Origin: an uncultured Armatimonadetes bacterium
GTDB taxonomy: Bacteria > Armatimonadota > UBA5829 > DTJY01
Length of the DNA stretch: 64,000 nt
Direction of reading: 5' to 3'
Assembly (NCBI GenBank): GCA_963717145.1
Contig: OY970325.1
Location: 2,208,001 to 2,272,000, forward strand
Position 1 is the stretch's first letter. Each line of letters starts with the position of its first letter. Made by a program: the position numbers and the translations under genes. Shown piece by piece: positions 29,242 through 39,199 of the stretch. The notes under the pieces are model-generated. The model had not been told where the DNA came from, ran no database searches, and saw only the letters and a program-made list of their open reading frames with translations.

Positions 29242-30579
29242 CTAGACTTTCGGGGCCTTCCAGGGCTTCCGATACTTAGGCTTGGCCAACTCGTTGGCGT
29301 CCCTGTCGCCGATGACCTGGCACTTCTCCGCATCCCAGTGAATCCGACTTCCGGAATTCAGCGCGACGTGGCCGAGATTGAGCGACACCGCGAGCGGCAG
29401 ATGATAGTCGAAGTTGCAGAGCGGCTGCTCCCGGGTCTTGATCGCGTCCAGGAACTCGCGATCGTGTCCCGGCGATGACGGAATGCTCGGCTCGGGCAGA
29501 GGGACGCCCTCGAGCCTGTTGCCCTCGGAGATGATCTTGTGCGATCCATAGTCGCCCAGCAGCGTGCCCTTCGTGCCGTGGAACATGACGCCGAGCCTGC
29601 GACCTCCATCGGGAGGCCCGCCGAAATCGAAGTTGAAGCTGTTGCCGCACATGTTCATCCACGTCATCGTGAAGTCCTCGAACTCCCAGAGGACGTCGAC
29701 GGTATCCGGGATGTCGCTGATGTCGTCGGCAACGAACCGCCCGCCGGTGGCCATGACGGACTTCGGCTGGCCGGGATCCATCGCCCAGAATGCGAGGTCC
29801 ACGATATGCGGACCGAGTTCGTTCAGCCAGCTTCCGACGTAATCCTTGAAATACCGGTGCACGGTGAACCGCGCCGGGTTGAACGGGACGAGCGGCGCGG
29901 GTCCGCACCACGTATCCCAGTCGAGGCCTGCGGGAGGCTTCGTGTCGGCGGGCTTCCCGCAGCCGCCGGGATACTCATTCAGAGTGCAGATGATGCGCAC
30001 ATTCATGATCTTGCCGAGCATGCCTGACCGGACGATCTCCACGCAGCGGCGGAAGTTGTCGAGCGAGTGGATCTGCGTGCCGACCTGAGTGACCCGCTTG
30101 TTCTCGCGGGCGGCTTTCGCCATCGCGAACGCCTCGGCCGGATAGCGGGAGATCGGCTTTTCGCAGTAGACATCCTTGCCCGCCTCGCAAGCCGCGATCG
30201 AGATCAGCGGGTGCCAGTGCGGCGGCGTGGTCACTATGACCGCGTCGATGTCCTTCTGCTTGAGCAGCTTGCGGTAGTCCTTGTACGTCTTGGCCTTCCC
30301 ACCGGCTGCCTCTTTTCCGGCCGCGAGGTGCCCGTCATCGAGATCGCAGACCGCGCCGATCACGACGTCGGGGTATCTCATGAAACCGTGCATCACTCCC
30401 ATGCCTCGGCCTCCGAGACCGATCACGCCCAGCACGATCTTCTCGCTGGCCGAGACTTCCTGCGCCTGTGCAGTTTTGGTTGCCATACCGATGCCTCCTA
30501 TTCCAACAGCGACCGCCGCCGCCGAGGTAGTCTTTAGAAAGTCGCGTCTGCTCCACTGTCGGGCTTCTTCGCCGCTCAT
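29242..30579 (-). CDS. Tat-exported Gfo/Idh/MocA oxidoreductase
   Basis: SRRDFLK, IGLGGRG, KDVYCEKP, QVGTQ. Confidence 0.9.
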   Translation of the reverse strand: MSGEEARQWSRRDFLKTTSAAAVAVGIGGIGMATKTAQAQEVSASEKIVLGVIGLGGRGMGVMHGFMRYPDVVIGAVCDLDDGHLAAGKEAAGGKAKTYKDYRKLLKQKDIDAVIVTTPPHWHPLISIAACEAGKDVYCEKPISRYPAEAFAMAKAARENKRVTQVGTQIHSLDNFRRCVEIVRSGMLGKIMNVRIICTLNEYPGGCGKPADTKPPAGLDWDTWCGPAPLVPFNPARFTVHRYFKDYVGSWLNELGPHIVDLAFWAMDPGQPKSVMATGGRFVADDISDIPDTVDVLWEFEDFTMTWMNMCGNSFNFDFGGPPDGGRRLGVMFHGTKGTLLGDYGSHKIISEGNRLEGVPLPEPSIPSSPGHDREFLDAIKTREQPLCNFDYHLPLAVSLNLGHVALNSGSRIHWDAEKCQVIGDRDANELAKPKYRKPWKAPKV

Positions 30580-30686
30580 CGTGTCATGCCTCCCCGGTCA
30601 GCGTGCCATCGAACGTTTCGTCGTGCCGACCGGACAATCCTCGTGTGCTCCATTGTACCTGTTTTGCGCATCCGTTTACAACCTGC

Positions 30687-30783
30687 GGGGAACGGGAGGG
30701 CGAGGCTCCGTCCGAGCCGTGGATGGGGCCGTACGCCTTGCAACCGCCCACGGCTCGGACGGAGCCTCGCCCTCCCGTTCCCC
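30687..30783. repeat. REP-like palindrome, family E (GGGAGGGCGAGGCTCCGTCCGAGCCG)
   Basis: About 36-bp perfect inverted arms. Confidence 0.8.
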
Positions 30784-30789
30784 AATGCC

Positions 30790-31845
30790 CTACGTCCAGC
30801 CGTACTCGTAGCCCGCCTCGTACAGCGCCACAACGTTCTCCGGCGGGCCGATCGCCTGGATGTTGTGGCACGGCGCGATGATGTATCCCCCACCCGCGCC
30901 GAGAATGCGTATGTTGTCCTGAACCTCCTGCCGAACCTCCTCCACCGTTCCGAATGGTATGGTGTACTGGTTGTCCACCGCTCCGTGGAAGATCAGCCTG
31001 TCGCCGAAGTCGCGCTTCAGGCCCTCGCGCTCCATCCCGGGGCAGCGCCACTGGACCGGGTTCAGCACCTCGATGCCCATCTCGATCAGGTCGGGCAGAA
31101 TCTCCCTCGCCGCTCCGTCGGTGTGGTGGAAGACGTGCGAGCCGTGCTGCTTCGTCAGGTCCACCATGCGCTTCATGCGAGGGATCAGGAACTTGCGAAT
31201 GTGCGCGGGCGAGTACATCAGCGCAGTCTGACCGCCGAGGTCCTCGGCCACGTAGGTCGCCATCACGGCGCCGGGGATGGTCTCGAATATGCGAAGTGTG
31301 CTCTGGTACGCCAGCTCGAACAGCTTGTCGAGGCAGTAGTTGACGATCTCCGGGTTCTCGATCAGGTCCATGAACGCCTGCTCCTCGCCTCGGAGCGCCT
31401 TGTAGATGAGGAACGGCTCCGAGCCACCGCCCCGGATCGGACGGTGCTCCTTGCCCTCGATCTCCTGAGGGAGGTGCGAGTAGTCCCACCAGTCGGGACT
31501 CGGCCAGGTGTAGTCGGCCTCGATCTCCTCGACCGAGGAGTATTGTGCCAGCGGGGCGTAGACCGATTCGCTGTAGACGCCGGTCCCGTACTCGACCGTT
31601 CGGCGTCTGATGCCGAACACATCGCTGTCCTCGGGGATCGGAGGTCCGACGTACCGGCCGCCCACAGCCACCAACGTGTCGATGTGCAGACGCCGCAACA
31701 TTTCGTCGTAGTCGCAGCCGAGGTGTCGGAGCAGCTTCTCGTTGGCCTCGCCGGTCGCCCAGTAGTCCATCGGGATGCGATCGGGCTTCTCGCGATTCAG
31801 CACCGCCAGCCATCGCTCGCGCGGCGTCATGGTTTCCTTGGGCAT
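30790..31845 (-). CDS. uroporphyrinogen decarboxylase-fold (MtaA/CmuA-like) protein
   Basis: MTPRER...PDRIP, EDLGGQ, HHTDG, LNPVQ, GGGYIIAPCHNIQ, PPEN. Confidence 0.85.
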   Translation of the reverse strand: MPKETMTPRERWLAVLNREKPDRIPMDYWATGEANEKLLRHLGCDYDEMLRRLHIDTLVAVGGRYVGPPIPEDSDVFGIRRRTVEYGTGVYSESVYAPLAQYSSVEEIEADYTWPSPDWWDYSHLPQEIEGKEHRPIRGGGSEPFLIYKALRGEEQAFMDLIENPEIVNYCLDKLFELAYQSTLRIFETIPGAVMATYVAEDLGGQTALMYSPAHIRKFLIPRMKRMVDLTKQHGSHVFHHTDGAAREILPDLIEMGIEVLNPVQWRCPGMEREGLKRDFGDRLIFHGAVDNQYTIPFGTVEEVRQEVQDNIRILGAGGGYIIAPCHNIQAIGPPENVVALYEAGYEYGWT

Positions 31846-31863
31846 ACACGTTCCCTCACACAT

Positions 31864-31928
31864 GTAGTGGCCGTGCCTCAGTGCCGGCCAAGGGCGTTGG
31901 ATGGCCGGCACTGAGGCACGGCCACTAC
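31864..31928. repeat. REP-like palindrome, family A
   Basis: Perfect 27-bp arms GTAG...CTAC. Confidence 0.85.
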
Positions 31929-31935
31929 GTGATGG

Positions 31936-32700
31936 TTACTTGTTTCCGGCGGCCAGGCCGTTCTGGATGAGATACCTGTAGCTATCCTTGACCGCACCGA
32001 GCATGTTGCCATCGAAGGCATCGAGTTCGACGACAAGCCACTCGAGCACGTTCGGATCGGCCGCCCCGATGATCGCGGGGAATTCGAGCTTGCCCGATCC
32101 GACCGCCACGTGCGGGTGAGCCACCTCCAGCATGCCGTCCTTGACGTGCAGGTAGGGCATTCGCGACTTGTACTTCGAGATCACCTCGACCGGGTCGGCC
32201 TTACCCCAGGCGGCCCAGTAGACGTCAAGCTCACTGCATACGTCCGGCGCTTCGGCCATCAGGATGTCGTAGACGAGCTGCCCGTCCACCTTGTCGAATT
32301 CCCACCAGTGATTGTGGAAGCTGAAGCCCATCCCGTGTGGCTTCAGGAGTTCGGCCGCCTGCTGGAACTTGGCCGCACCGGCTTTGCAGCTATCGACGGT
32401 CTTGAACTGATCCGGCCCGAACCCGCTTATGATGTGCTTGTTGCCGAGAATCGACTCGGCGTCGACGATCTGCTGCACGTTCTCCGAGGTCGGCAGACCG
32501 GCGTGGTTGCTGCATGCTACCAGGCCCAGATCATCGAGGATGCCCTTGATCTCCGCAGGGCTGTGGCCATGGAGTCCGGCAAACTCAACTCCCTTGTAAC
32601 CGATCTCGGCGACGGTCCGAAGAACGCCGGGGAAATCGTCTTTCCCCTCTGGATAGACATCCGGGCGTAGAGTGTACAACTGAATGGCGATGGGCTTCAA
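31936..32700 (-). CDS. sugar phosphate isomerase/epimerase (IolE-like TIM barrel)
   Basis: IQLYTLR, GVEFAG, FHNHWWEF, ELDVYW, HVKD; RBS AAGGAGG. Confidence 0.88.
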   Translation of the reverse strand: MKPIAIQLYTLRPDVYPEGKDDFPGVLRTVAEIGYKGVEFAGLHGHSPAEIKGILDDLGLVACSNHAGLPTSENVQQIVDAESILGNKHIISGFGPDQFKTVDSCKAGAAKFQQAAELLKPHGMGFSFHNHWWEFDKVDGQLVYDILMAEAPDVCSELDVYWAAWGKADPVEVISKYKSRMPYLHVKDGMLEVAHPHVAVGSGKLEFPAIIGAADPNVLEWLVVELDAFDGNMLGAVKDSYRYLIQNGLAAGNK

Positions 32701-32959
32701 ATCTTGTGCCTCCTTATTCCGGGGAGGACATGCTCCCCAGGGACGATTCCGCGCCAGTGGTGCAAAAACCTTCCGCGGGCAAACCGTGTCGGGTGCATTC
32801 GAGTTGTGTGGGTGGCGACCGTCTCTCGTTATGGTTTCCAGAGAAACCTACTCGAGAATAGACGGTTTTGGGGCTTGGGAAGCTTGGCAAGCCACCCAAC
32901 CGTTCTCCTCGAGTAGCCACTCTGGTGGCATAACGAGAGGCTGACCCACTCTGTGGTAA

Positions 32960-34367
32960 TGCACCTCGCTGCCGAGTCGCTCCGTGTTGCCTCATTTAGC
33001 TTTGTTACCGAAACGCCATTCGTTGCGTCATTGATAATGTTACCAAGTAGTGTGTTCAAGTATGTCAGATCGGCTCTTGATCGCCGCTCAGGGCCGCGCC
33101 TTGCTCGCTTTCGATCTGTCTTTATTCGGCATCCTGTCAAGCTTTGATGATAGCCTGTGGATGCGTCTTAGTAGCTCCACCGGGTTCGTCGCTCTACGTT
33201 CTTTATCGAGGCGATCCTTTGCTTCATCGTCAAGCCATCCTTCAACACTTATCAGCTTGCGGTACGGCGTCATCGCAGGCTCATAGCGTTTGATCACTTT
33301 ACTCCCAATCCGCTCCTTTTCTTTAAGACGCATCATGGGCTGACAGAAGTTGTGATACGCCACGATCAGCGGATATATCGCCTTTAGTACCGCAAGCTGC
33401 TCGTCCGTCTCGAATCGCCGGTAACCTATAAACTGCCGGACTACGCTCCAGTTCTTCTGCTCTACATGACATTGATCGTTCTTCTTGTAAGGCCGACTGC
33501 GCGTAAACGTGATCCTGTGCGCTCGACAGTACTTGTTCATGTGATGGTTGATGAACTCGCCGCCGTTGTCGGTATCTATGCCTCTGACTGCAAACGGTGC
33601 GCTCTTGGACGCGGACTGCACCGCAAGCACGGTTCCGTGCTCCCCTCGGCCTTTCATTCCATCAAGCGCTACCCATCCGGTCGCTACATCAGTCATAGTC
33701 AAAGTATACAGGAACTCTCCGCTCCCGTCACCTCCGCAATGACCCACCAAGTCCATCTCGAAGAACCCAGGCTCAGCTTCATCCCAGTCGGCAAACGTCC
33801 TCACCGGGATCTGAGACCGAAGCAGTGTCCCCGGCTTTGTTAAGGTCCTCCCTGTTAGCGATAGGGCAGACCGCTCCTTCTTCATCAACCTGTCGATGCT
33901 CGACGCGCTGATCGAGTTAAGCAGCCTCTCTTCTTCTGGTGTAACCGTTATCTCCCCGAATGACTCCAGTATGGGTAGAAACTCAGTCAGAAACGGCTGC
34001 AGACGCTTACCGCACGCGTAGAAACTCGCAGCCCAGAGTGTCTTCAGCTTGTGGGCTATCGGCTCGTATTTCGACTTCCTTGCGCGTCTCACTGGACTCC
34101 TCGCTGGTGGAACTCCTTTCGCGAACAGCCTCACCAGCGACTTCCTGTGGTAACCGGTCAATCCCTGGACTTCACTCAATACCAGCTTCTTCTCCGATTT
34201 GGTGGCTTTGCCATATTCTTTGCGTTTGCGCCTCACGACTTCTCTTACGGATGCAGTTGTCATCTTCTCCATGCCTCAGTTTCGGTAACATTCTTATCTG
34301 AGGCAACGTTTCCGTTTCGGTAACATCGTTCGTGAAGCAATTCGCAGGGTATGCACATCATGCTACA
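32960..34367 (-). mobile_element. IS element with rve/DDE transposase; ends approximate
   Basis: Motif GGTAACA-N7/8-TGA.GCAA occurs twice at each end in inverted orientation (about 32986-33044 and 34284-34341); lower GC than flanks; TG...CA lies 26 nt outside each outer motif; no target duplication found. Confidence 0.6.
33088..34272 (-). CDS. integrase-core (rve) DDE transposase
   Basis: EMDLVGHCG, DTDNGGEFIN, FTRSRPYKKND..HVEQKN. Confidence 0.88.
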   Translation of the reverse strand: MEKMTTASVREVVRRKRKEYGKATKSEKKLVLSEVQGLTGYHRKSLVRLFAKGVPPARSPVRRARKSKYEPIAHKLKTLWAASFYACGKRLQPFLTEFLPILESFGEITVTPEEERLLNSISASSIDRLMKKERSALSLTGRTLTKPGTLLRSQIPVRTFADWDEAEPGFFEMDLVGHCGGDGSGEFLYTLTMTDVATGWVALDGMKGRGEHGTVLAVQSASKSAPFAVRGIDTDNGGEFINHHMNKYCRAHRITFTRSRPYKKNDQCHVEQKNWSVVRQFIGYRRFETDEQLAVLKAIYPLIVAYHNFCQPMMRLKEKERIGSKVIKRYEPAMTPYRKLISVEGWLDDEAKDRLDKERRATNPVELLRRIHRLSSKLDRMPNKDRSKASKARP

Positions 34368-34434
34368 ATTATGTTATACTCGCGGTTACTCATCGTTTGT
34401 CTGTGGGTACATCCATTGAGATCATACATAGCGC

Positions 34435-35214
34435 TTGAGGATAGGTAGGATAGTGTCGCTCATTACCTGTACATACAAACCATCGCAACACATATCCGTC
34501 GTGCTCCAATACCAGCAACTTGCGGTATCGAAGCGATCATACGTTCCAGCCGGGCACTGCGCGCCGGCCTTATTCAGCAGACAACTCGACTTCATGGCCG
34601 GACGCGGCTGGCAGGCCACAGCGCTTTCAACATTGGTCGAAAGATGCACATGCGGCGACGGAGCAGAACGGAACGAGTTCTGCATCACTTTCGACGACGG
34701 CTTCGAAAGCGTCTATCAGGTTGCATACCCCGCGTTGAAGCAGCGCAACCTGAGCGCCATTGTCTATATACCCACCGATTCGATCGGATGCCGAATAGGC
34801 TGGAACGAGCAACTTGCGCTCCGGCTCGAGCCGATCATGACCCTCGATCAGATCAGGGAGCTGTCGGACAATGGCTTCGAGATAGGCTCGCACACGGTCT
34901 CGCATCCCATGCTCACGAAGCTGTCGGACGCCGACCTCCGGCGGGAACTGGTCGACTCCAAACTGAGGCTGGAGCAGATAACCGGGAAGGAGGTCGCATC
35001 GCTGTCCTATCCGTATGGCGACTACGATCAGCGCGTTCTGGATGCCTGCGTTGAAGCCGGCTACCGGTCCGCCGTCTGTCAGAGGCTCTCCTCAGTCTCT
35101 TCGCCCATCAACCTGTTCGAGATTCCGAGGATCAGCGTGCGCTGGAATACCATTGGGGCAGTGCTTCTTCGGAACATCGGGCATGGGCACACAGACTGCG
35201 AGGATAAGGGCTGA
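34435..35214 (+). CDS. polysaccharide deacetylase (CE4/NodB-like)
   Basis: ITFDDG, IGSHTVSH, SYPYG, IPRI; start codon uncertain. Confidence 0.85.
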   Translation: MRIGRIVSLITCTYKPSQHISVVLQYQQLAVSKRSYVPAGHCAPALFSRQLDFMAGRGWQATALSTLVERCTCGDGAERNEFCITFDDGFESVYQVAYPALKQRNLSAIVYIPTDSIGCRIGWNEQLALRLEPIMTLDQIRELSDNGFEIGSHTVSHPMLTKLSDADLRRELVDSKLRLEQITGKEVASLSYPYGDYDQRVLDACVEAGYRSAVCQRLSSVSSPINLFEIPRISVRWNTIGAVLLRNIGHGHTDCEDKG

Positions 35215-35217
35215 TCC

Positions 35218-37086
35218 CTATGTGTTGGAGGTCTCGCGCCTGAGGCGTTCCAGGACCACCATCAGTATCGAGATGTCCGCGGGTGTCAGGCCGGGGATGC
35301 GGGATGCCTGGCCGACCGATGTCGGCTGCACCCGTCGCAGCTTCTCGAGGCCTTCCCGGGAGATCGCCTTGATCGCACAGTAGTCGATGTCAGCCGGAAT
35401 CGCCAGGTGATCGAGCCTTGCCTGCTGTTCGACCTGTATCTGTTGGCGGTGGATGTACCCCTCGTACTTGACATGCAGCTCGACCTGCTCCCTCATGGCC
35501 GCTGACAGCTCGGACCCGAAACCGTTCAGACGCAGCACATCGGCATATGACACCTCGGGCCGTCGGAGAAGCTCCTCCAGCGACGATCTCCGCGCCAAGT
35601 CGGGCAGTCCAAGCAGCGAGACTGATTCCACATCCTCGGGCCTGATATGCGTCGTCCGTAGTCGCTCCAACTCCAGACGAACCGCCTCCGACTTCTCCTC
35701 GAACGCTTCCCACCGCGTGTCGGGCACCAGGCCGATCTCCCGACCAATCGCCGTCAACCGCGCGTCGGCGTTATCCTGTCGAAGCAGGAGCCGATGCTCG
35801 GCGCGCGAGGTCAGCAGACGGTAGGGGTCGTCCGTTCCCTTGGTCACGAGGTCATCGATCATCACACCGATGTACGCCTGAGAGCGCTCCAGGACGAGTG
35901 ACTCCCTGCCCCGTATCTGAAGCGCGGCGTTGATCCCTGCGATAAGCCCCTGCGCGGCGGCCTCCTCGTAGCCGGACGTGCCGTTGATCTGGCCGGCGAG
36001 ATACAGCCCGTGGACGAGCTTCGTCTCGAGGCTCGGCTTGAGTTGCGGCGGCGGTACATAATCGTACTCGATCGCATATCCCGGGCGGATCATCGCCACC
36101 TCTTCGAGGCCGGGGATCGTCCGCAGGAACTCGAGCTGCACCTCCTCCGGCAGGCTGGTGGACATCCCCTGGACGTAGATCTCGTCCGTGTCCCAGCCCT
36201 CCTGCTCGAGGAAGACCTGGTGCCGCTGCTTGTCGGGAAACTTGACGATCTTGTCCTCGATCGACGGGCAGTAGCGCGGCCCGACGCCGTCGATCCGCCC
36301 GCCATACATCGCAGAGCGATCCAGGTTGCGCATGATGACCTCGCGCGTGCGGTCGTTCGTGTAGGTCAGCCAGCACGGGAGCAGCCCTTCCCGCTTCACG
36401 GGCGGGGTCATGTAGGAGAACGCGAGCGGCGCTTCGTCGGACGGCTGCTCCTCGGTCCGGGAGAGGTCGATGGTCGTCTTGTCCACGCGTGGGGTTGTGC
36501 CGGTCTTCAGTCGGCCAAGCTCGAATCCGAGTTCGCGCAAGCTTTCGGAGAGGCTCACCGAGGGGAACTCCCCTGCCCGACCGGCCGGGTAGCTGATCTC
36601 GCCGATGTGGATCAGGCCATTGAGAAACGTGCCGGTCGTGACGATGACGCTCTTCGCCCCATACTCCATCCCGGTCTGCGTGACGACGCCGATCGCGCGG
36701 CCCTTTTCGGTGAGGATGCGCTCGACCATCGCCTGCTTGAGGTCGAGGCCGGGCTGGGATTCGAGGGCCCGGCGCATGACGGCCTGGTAGAGCTTCTTGT
36801 CCGCCTGTGCGCGGATCGCCTGGACCGCGGGGCCTTTTCCGGTGTTGAGCATCCGGACGTGCGTGTAGGTCGCGTCGGTGTTGAGCGCCATCTCGCCGCC
36901 GAGGGCGTCTATCTCGCGCACTAGGTGGCCTTTCGCCGGGCCGCCGATGCTGCAGTTGCAGGGCATCAGCGCGACGTTATCGAGGTTGAGCGTCAACAGA
37001 AGCGCGCTGCACCCGATGCGAGCCGCCGCCAGCGCAGCCTCGCAGCCCGCATGGCCCGCGCCTATGACGATGATATCGTAATCCAT
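35218..37086 (-). CDS. mnmG: tRNA uridine-5-carboxymethylaminomethyl modification enzyme
   Basis: [46 protein letters not shown]. Confidence 0.96.
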   Translation of the reverse strand: MDYDIIVIGAGHAGCEAALAAARIGCSALLLTLNLDNVALMPCNCSIGGPAKGHLVREIDALGGEMALNTDATYTHVRMLNTGKGPAVQAIRAQADKKLYQAVMRRALESQPGLDLKQAMVERILTEKGRAIGVVTQTGMEYGAKSVIVTTGTFLNGLIHIGEISYPAGRAGEFPSVSLSESLRELGFELGRLKTGTTPRVDKTTIDLSRTEEQPSDEAPLAFSYMTPPVKREGLLPCWLTYTNDRTREVIMRNLDRSAMYGGRIDGVGPRYCPSIEDKIVKFPDKQRHQVFLEQEGWDTDEIYVQGMSTSLPEEVQLEFLRTIPGLEEVAMIRPGYAIEYDYVPPPQLKPSLETKLVHGLYLAGQINGTSGYEEAAAQGLIAGINAALQIRGRESLVLERSQAYIGVMIDDLVTKGTDDPYRLLTSRAEHRLLLRQDNADARLTAIGREIGLVPDTRWEAFEEKSEAVRLELERLRTTHIRPEDVESVSLLGLPDLARRSSLEELLRRPEVSYADVLRLNGFGSELSAAMREQVELHVKYEGYIHRQQIQVEQQARLDHLAIPADIDYCAIKAISREGLEKLRRVQPTSVGQASRIPGLTPADISILMVVLERLRRETSNT

Positions 37087-37109
37087 CGCGACATTATACC
37101 ATATGGGTA

Positions 37110-37188
37110 CTTTGGAGTGCGGTGGCTCGACACCGCTTTGAGAGTCCCGTGGCATCCCAAAGCGGTGTCGAGCCACCGCACTCCAAAG
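37110..37188. repeat. REP-like palindrome, family B
   Basis: CTTTGGAGTGCGGTGGCTCGACACCGCTTTG and its perfect inverted copy. Confidence 0.85.
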
Positions 37189-37295
37189 GAAACTGGTACT
37201 TTGCACAACTTAGCCCAAGGGGGGCAGAGCACCATAATGTTAACAGCCAGTGGAACCACGGGCCGGCCAGGATACAGAGGGAACAAGGAGCAAGG

Positions 37296-37796
37296 ATGAG
37301 CTATCTCAGGGATGCCATGAAACGACCGACGAACATCATACCCGACGACATCAGCACGAAGCCCAGCGATGGCTTCGGCTGCAATCGTGCATCCCACGAC
37401 GCCTACGAAAAGGCCATGCCGAACCCTCAGGACTCGTACATTCACCTCAGCCGAAGCATGATGGTGAGGCTGAATCTCCGGAGAGCGAACGGCGAGGTCA
37501 CACCTGTGCTCTGCGTCTCGCATGACCTCAGCCACACGGGCCTCAAGATGCGCTTGCCGTGCCGATTGAACTTGACGCCGGGCGTGCTGCTCGAGATGGA
37601 GTTGTTCACACTGTTCAGTAAGACCCCGGTCGCGGTCAAGGCCTTCGTGCAGAAAGTAGTGCGCAACGCGGGAAGTGACGTCGTGCGCTTCGTGGTCGAG
37701 GTGAGGTTCAAAGGCCTCAGCCCGGCGGCGGAGCACGAGATCAACGCATTCATCCACCTCGCTCAACTCGACGAGCGGCGGATCCTCCTCTCCTAG
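37296..37796 (+). CDS. PilZ-like domain protein
   Basis: DLSHTG (DxSxxG), beta-rich body, VRFKGLS...INAFI C-terminal helix; RBS AAGGAG. Confidence 0.65.
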   Translation: MSYLRDAMKRPTNIIPDDISTKPSDGFGCNRASHDAYEKAMPNPQDSYIHLSRSMMVRLNLRRANGEVTPVLCVSHDLSHTGLKMRLPCRLNLTPGVLLEMELFTLFSKTPVAVKAFVQKVVRNAGSDVVRFVVEVRFKGLSPAAEHEINAFIHLAQLDERRILLS

Positions 37797-37837
37797 GTCT
37801 TCTCCAGAAGGTTATATCCCCTGCCAGGCCGAAATCC

Positions 37838-37930
37838 TTGGAGTGGTGTGGCTCATGTAGTGGCCGTGCCTCAGTGCCGGCCAGCGGCCGGCACTGAGGC
37901 ACGGCCACTACATGAGCCACACCACTCCAA
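37838..37930. repeat. REP-like palindrome, family A with extended arms
   Basis: About 45-bp perfect arms around a 3-nt loop. Confidence 0.85.
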
Positions 37931-37942
37931 AGGGGGATCAAC

Positions 37943-39010
37943 ATGAAGGCGATCGTGCTGCGCGAGAAGGAACACCTGGTGGTCGAGGATGTCCCCATGC
38001 CACCGCTCGGGCCTGACGAGGTCATGCTCCGGGTCACCGACTGCGGAGTCTGTGGGAGCGACATCCGCTACTTCCACGGCGAGAACCCCTGGGCTCAACA
38101 CACACTCGGCGAGATGCGCACGAACCCGCCGAATATCATCCCCGGGCACGAGGTCGCCGGCATCGTCGATGAGGTCGGCGATCGGGCCGACAGGTCGCTC
38201 CTGGGCAAGCGGGTGGCGGTTCTGAGCTTCAGGGTGGACGGAACCTGCTGGTGGTGCAGGCACGGCGAGGAAGAACTCTGCCCGAACACCCAGCATATGG
38301 GCCACGGCGCAGGCTGGGGTCACATGAACTACTACTACGGTGGGATGGCGGAATACGTGCCGGTCTGGGCGAGCCACGTCTTTCCCCTGCCCGATCACGT
38401 ATCGACGACCGATGCCACATTCCTCGACCCGCTCGGAGTCGCAGTCCATGCGGTCGAGATGTCGCGGCTGATCCCGACTGAGAGCGCGCTGGTGATCGGC
38501 ACGGGCGTCCTCGGCCTGATGGCGATCCAGACGTTGAAGGCCTATGGCTCGACGAACATCATCTGCGCCGACCTGGACGATGCGCATCTCGGCAAGGGCG
38601 CGGCTCTCGGCGCGGATCGGACGGTCAATGTGAAGACGCAGGATCTCGCGGCGGTGGTTCGTGAGGCGACTCAGGGCATCGGCGCGCGGGTGATCATCGA
38701 CACGGTCGGAAGGCCGCTGGAGGAGATGCTTCCCATTCTCTCACGCGGCGGGCGGATGATCAACCTGGCGGTCCACGACAACAGAGAGAATTTCGGCCAG
38801 ATCTGGCTCGCGGGCCAGCGGACGGTCATGACCTCGGCGAACTTCAAGTACTCCGAGTACCCGATCGCGATGGACCTGCTCTACTCGGGCCGCATCCAGG
38901 TCGAGCCGCTGATCACGCACCGTTTCCCGATCGAGCAGGGAGTGGAAGCATTCCGGGTCGCCGATCACAAGGAAGAAACCGGGGCGATCAAGGTGATCAT
39001 CAATCCGTAG
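37943..39010 (+). CDS. zinc-dependent alcohol/sugar dehydrogenase (MDR family)
   Basis: CGVCGSD, PGHEVAG, CWWC...C, VIGTGVLG. Confidence 0.9.
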   Translation: MKAIVLREKEHLVVEDVPMPPLGPDEVMLRVTDCGVCGSDIRYFHGENPWAQHTLGEMRTNPPNIIPGHEVAGIVDEVGDRADRSLLGKRVAVLSFRVDGTCWWCRHGEEELCPNTQHMGHGAGWGHMNYYYGGMAEYVPVWASHVFPLPDHVSTTDATFLDPLGVAVHAVEMSRLIPTESALVIGTGVLGLMAIQTLKAYGSTNIICADLDDAHLGKGAALGADRTVNVKTQDLAAVVREATQGIGARVIIDTVGRPLEEMLPILSRGGRMINLAVHDNRENFGQIWLAGQRTVMTSANFKYSEYPIAMDLLYSGRIQVEPLITHRFPIEQGVEAFRVADHKEETGAIKVIINP

Positions 39011-39199
39011 GAGACCGTTCGGATGGTTCACAGGATACTGGCGTTCTTCAGGCGAGTCCTTGGTCCATTGACAACAGACCCGGAGCAGGCGCGCGCCTCG
39101 TTCTTGCCGTGTTCGTGCGTCATGTGGATACTCATAATGCTCGTTGCGGTACTCCTGTTCCCGGTGTTCGATTGGGTCCACAGGCTTCGGTGAGGCCCA

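Noticed and set aside
39011-39199. Small minus-strand ORFs between the dehydrogenase and the AlkZ-like gene
   Set aside because: No convincing RBS or motif, and they overlap neighbouring genes.
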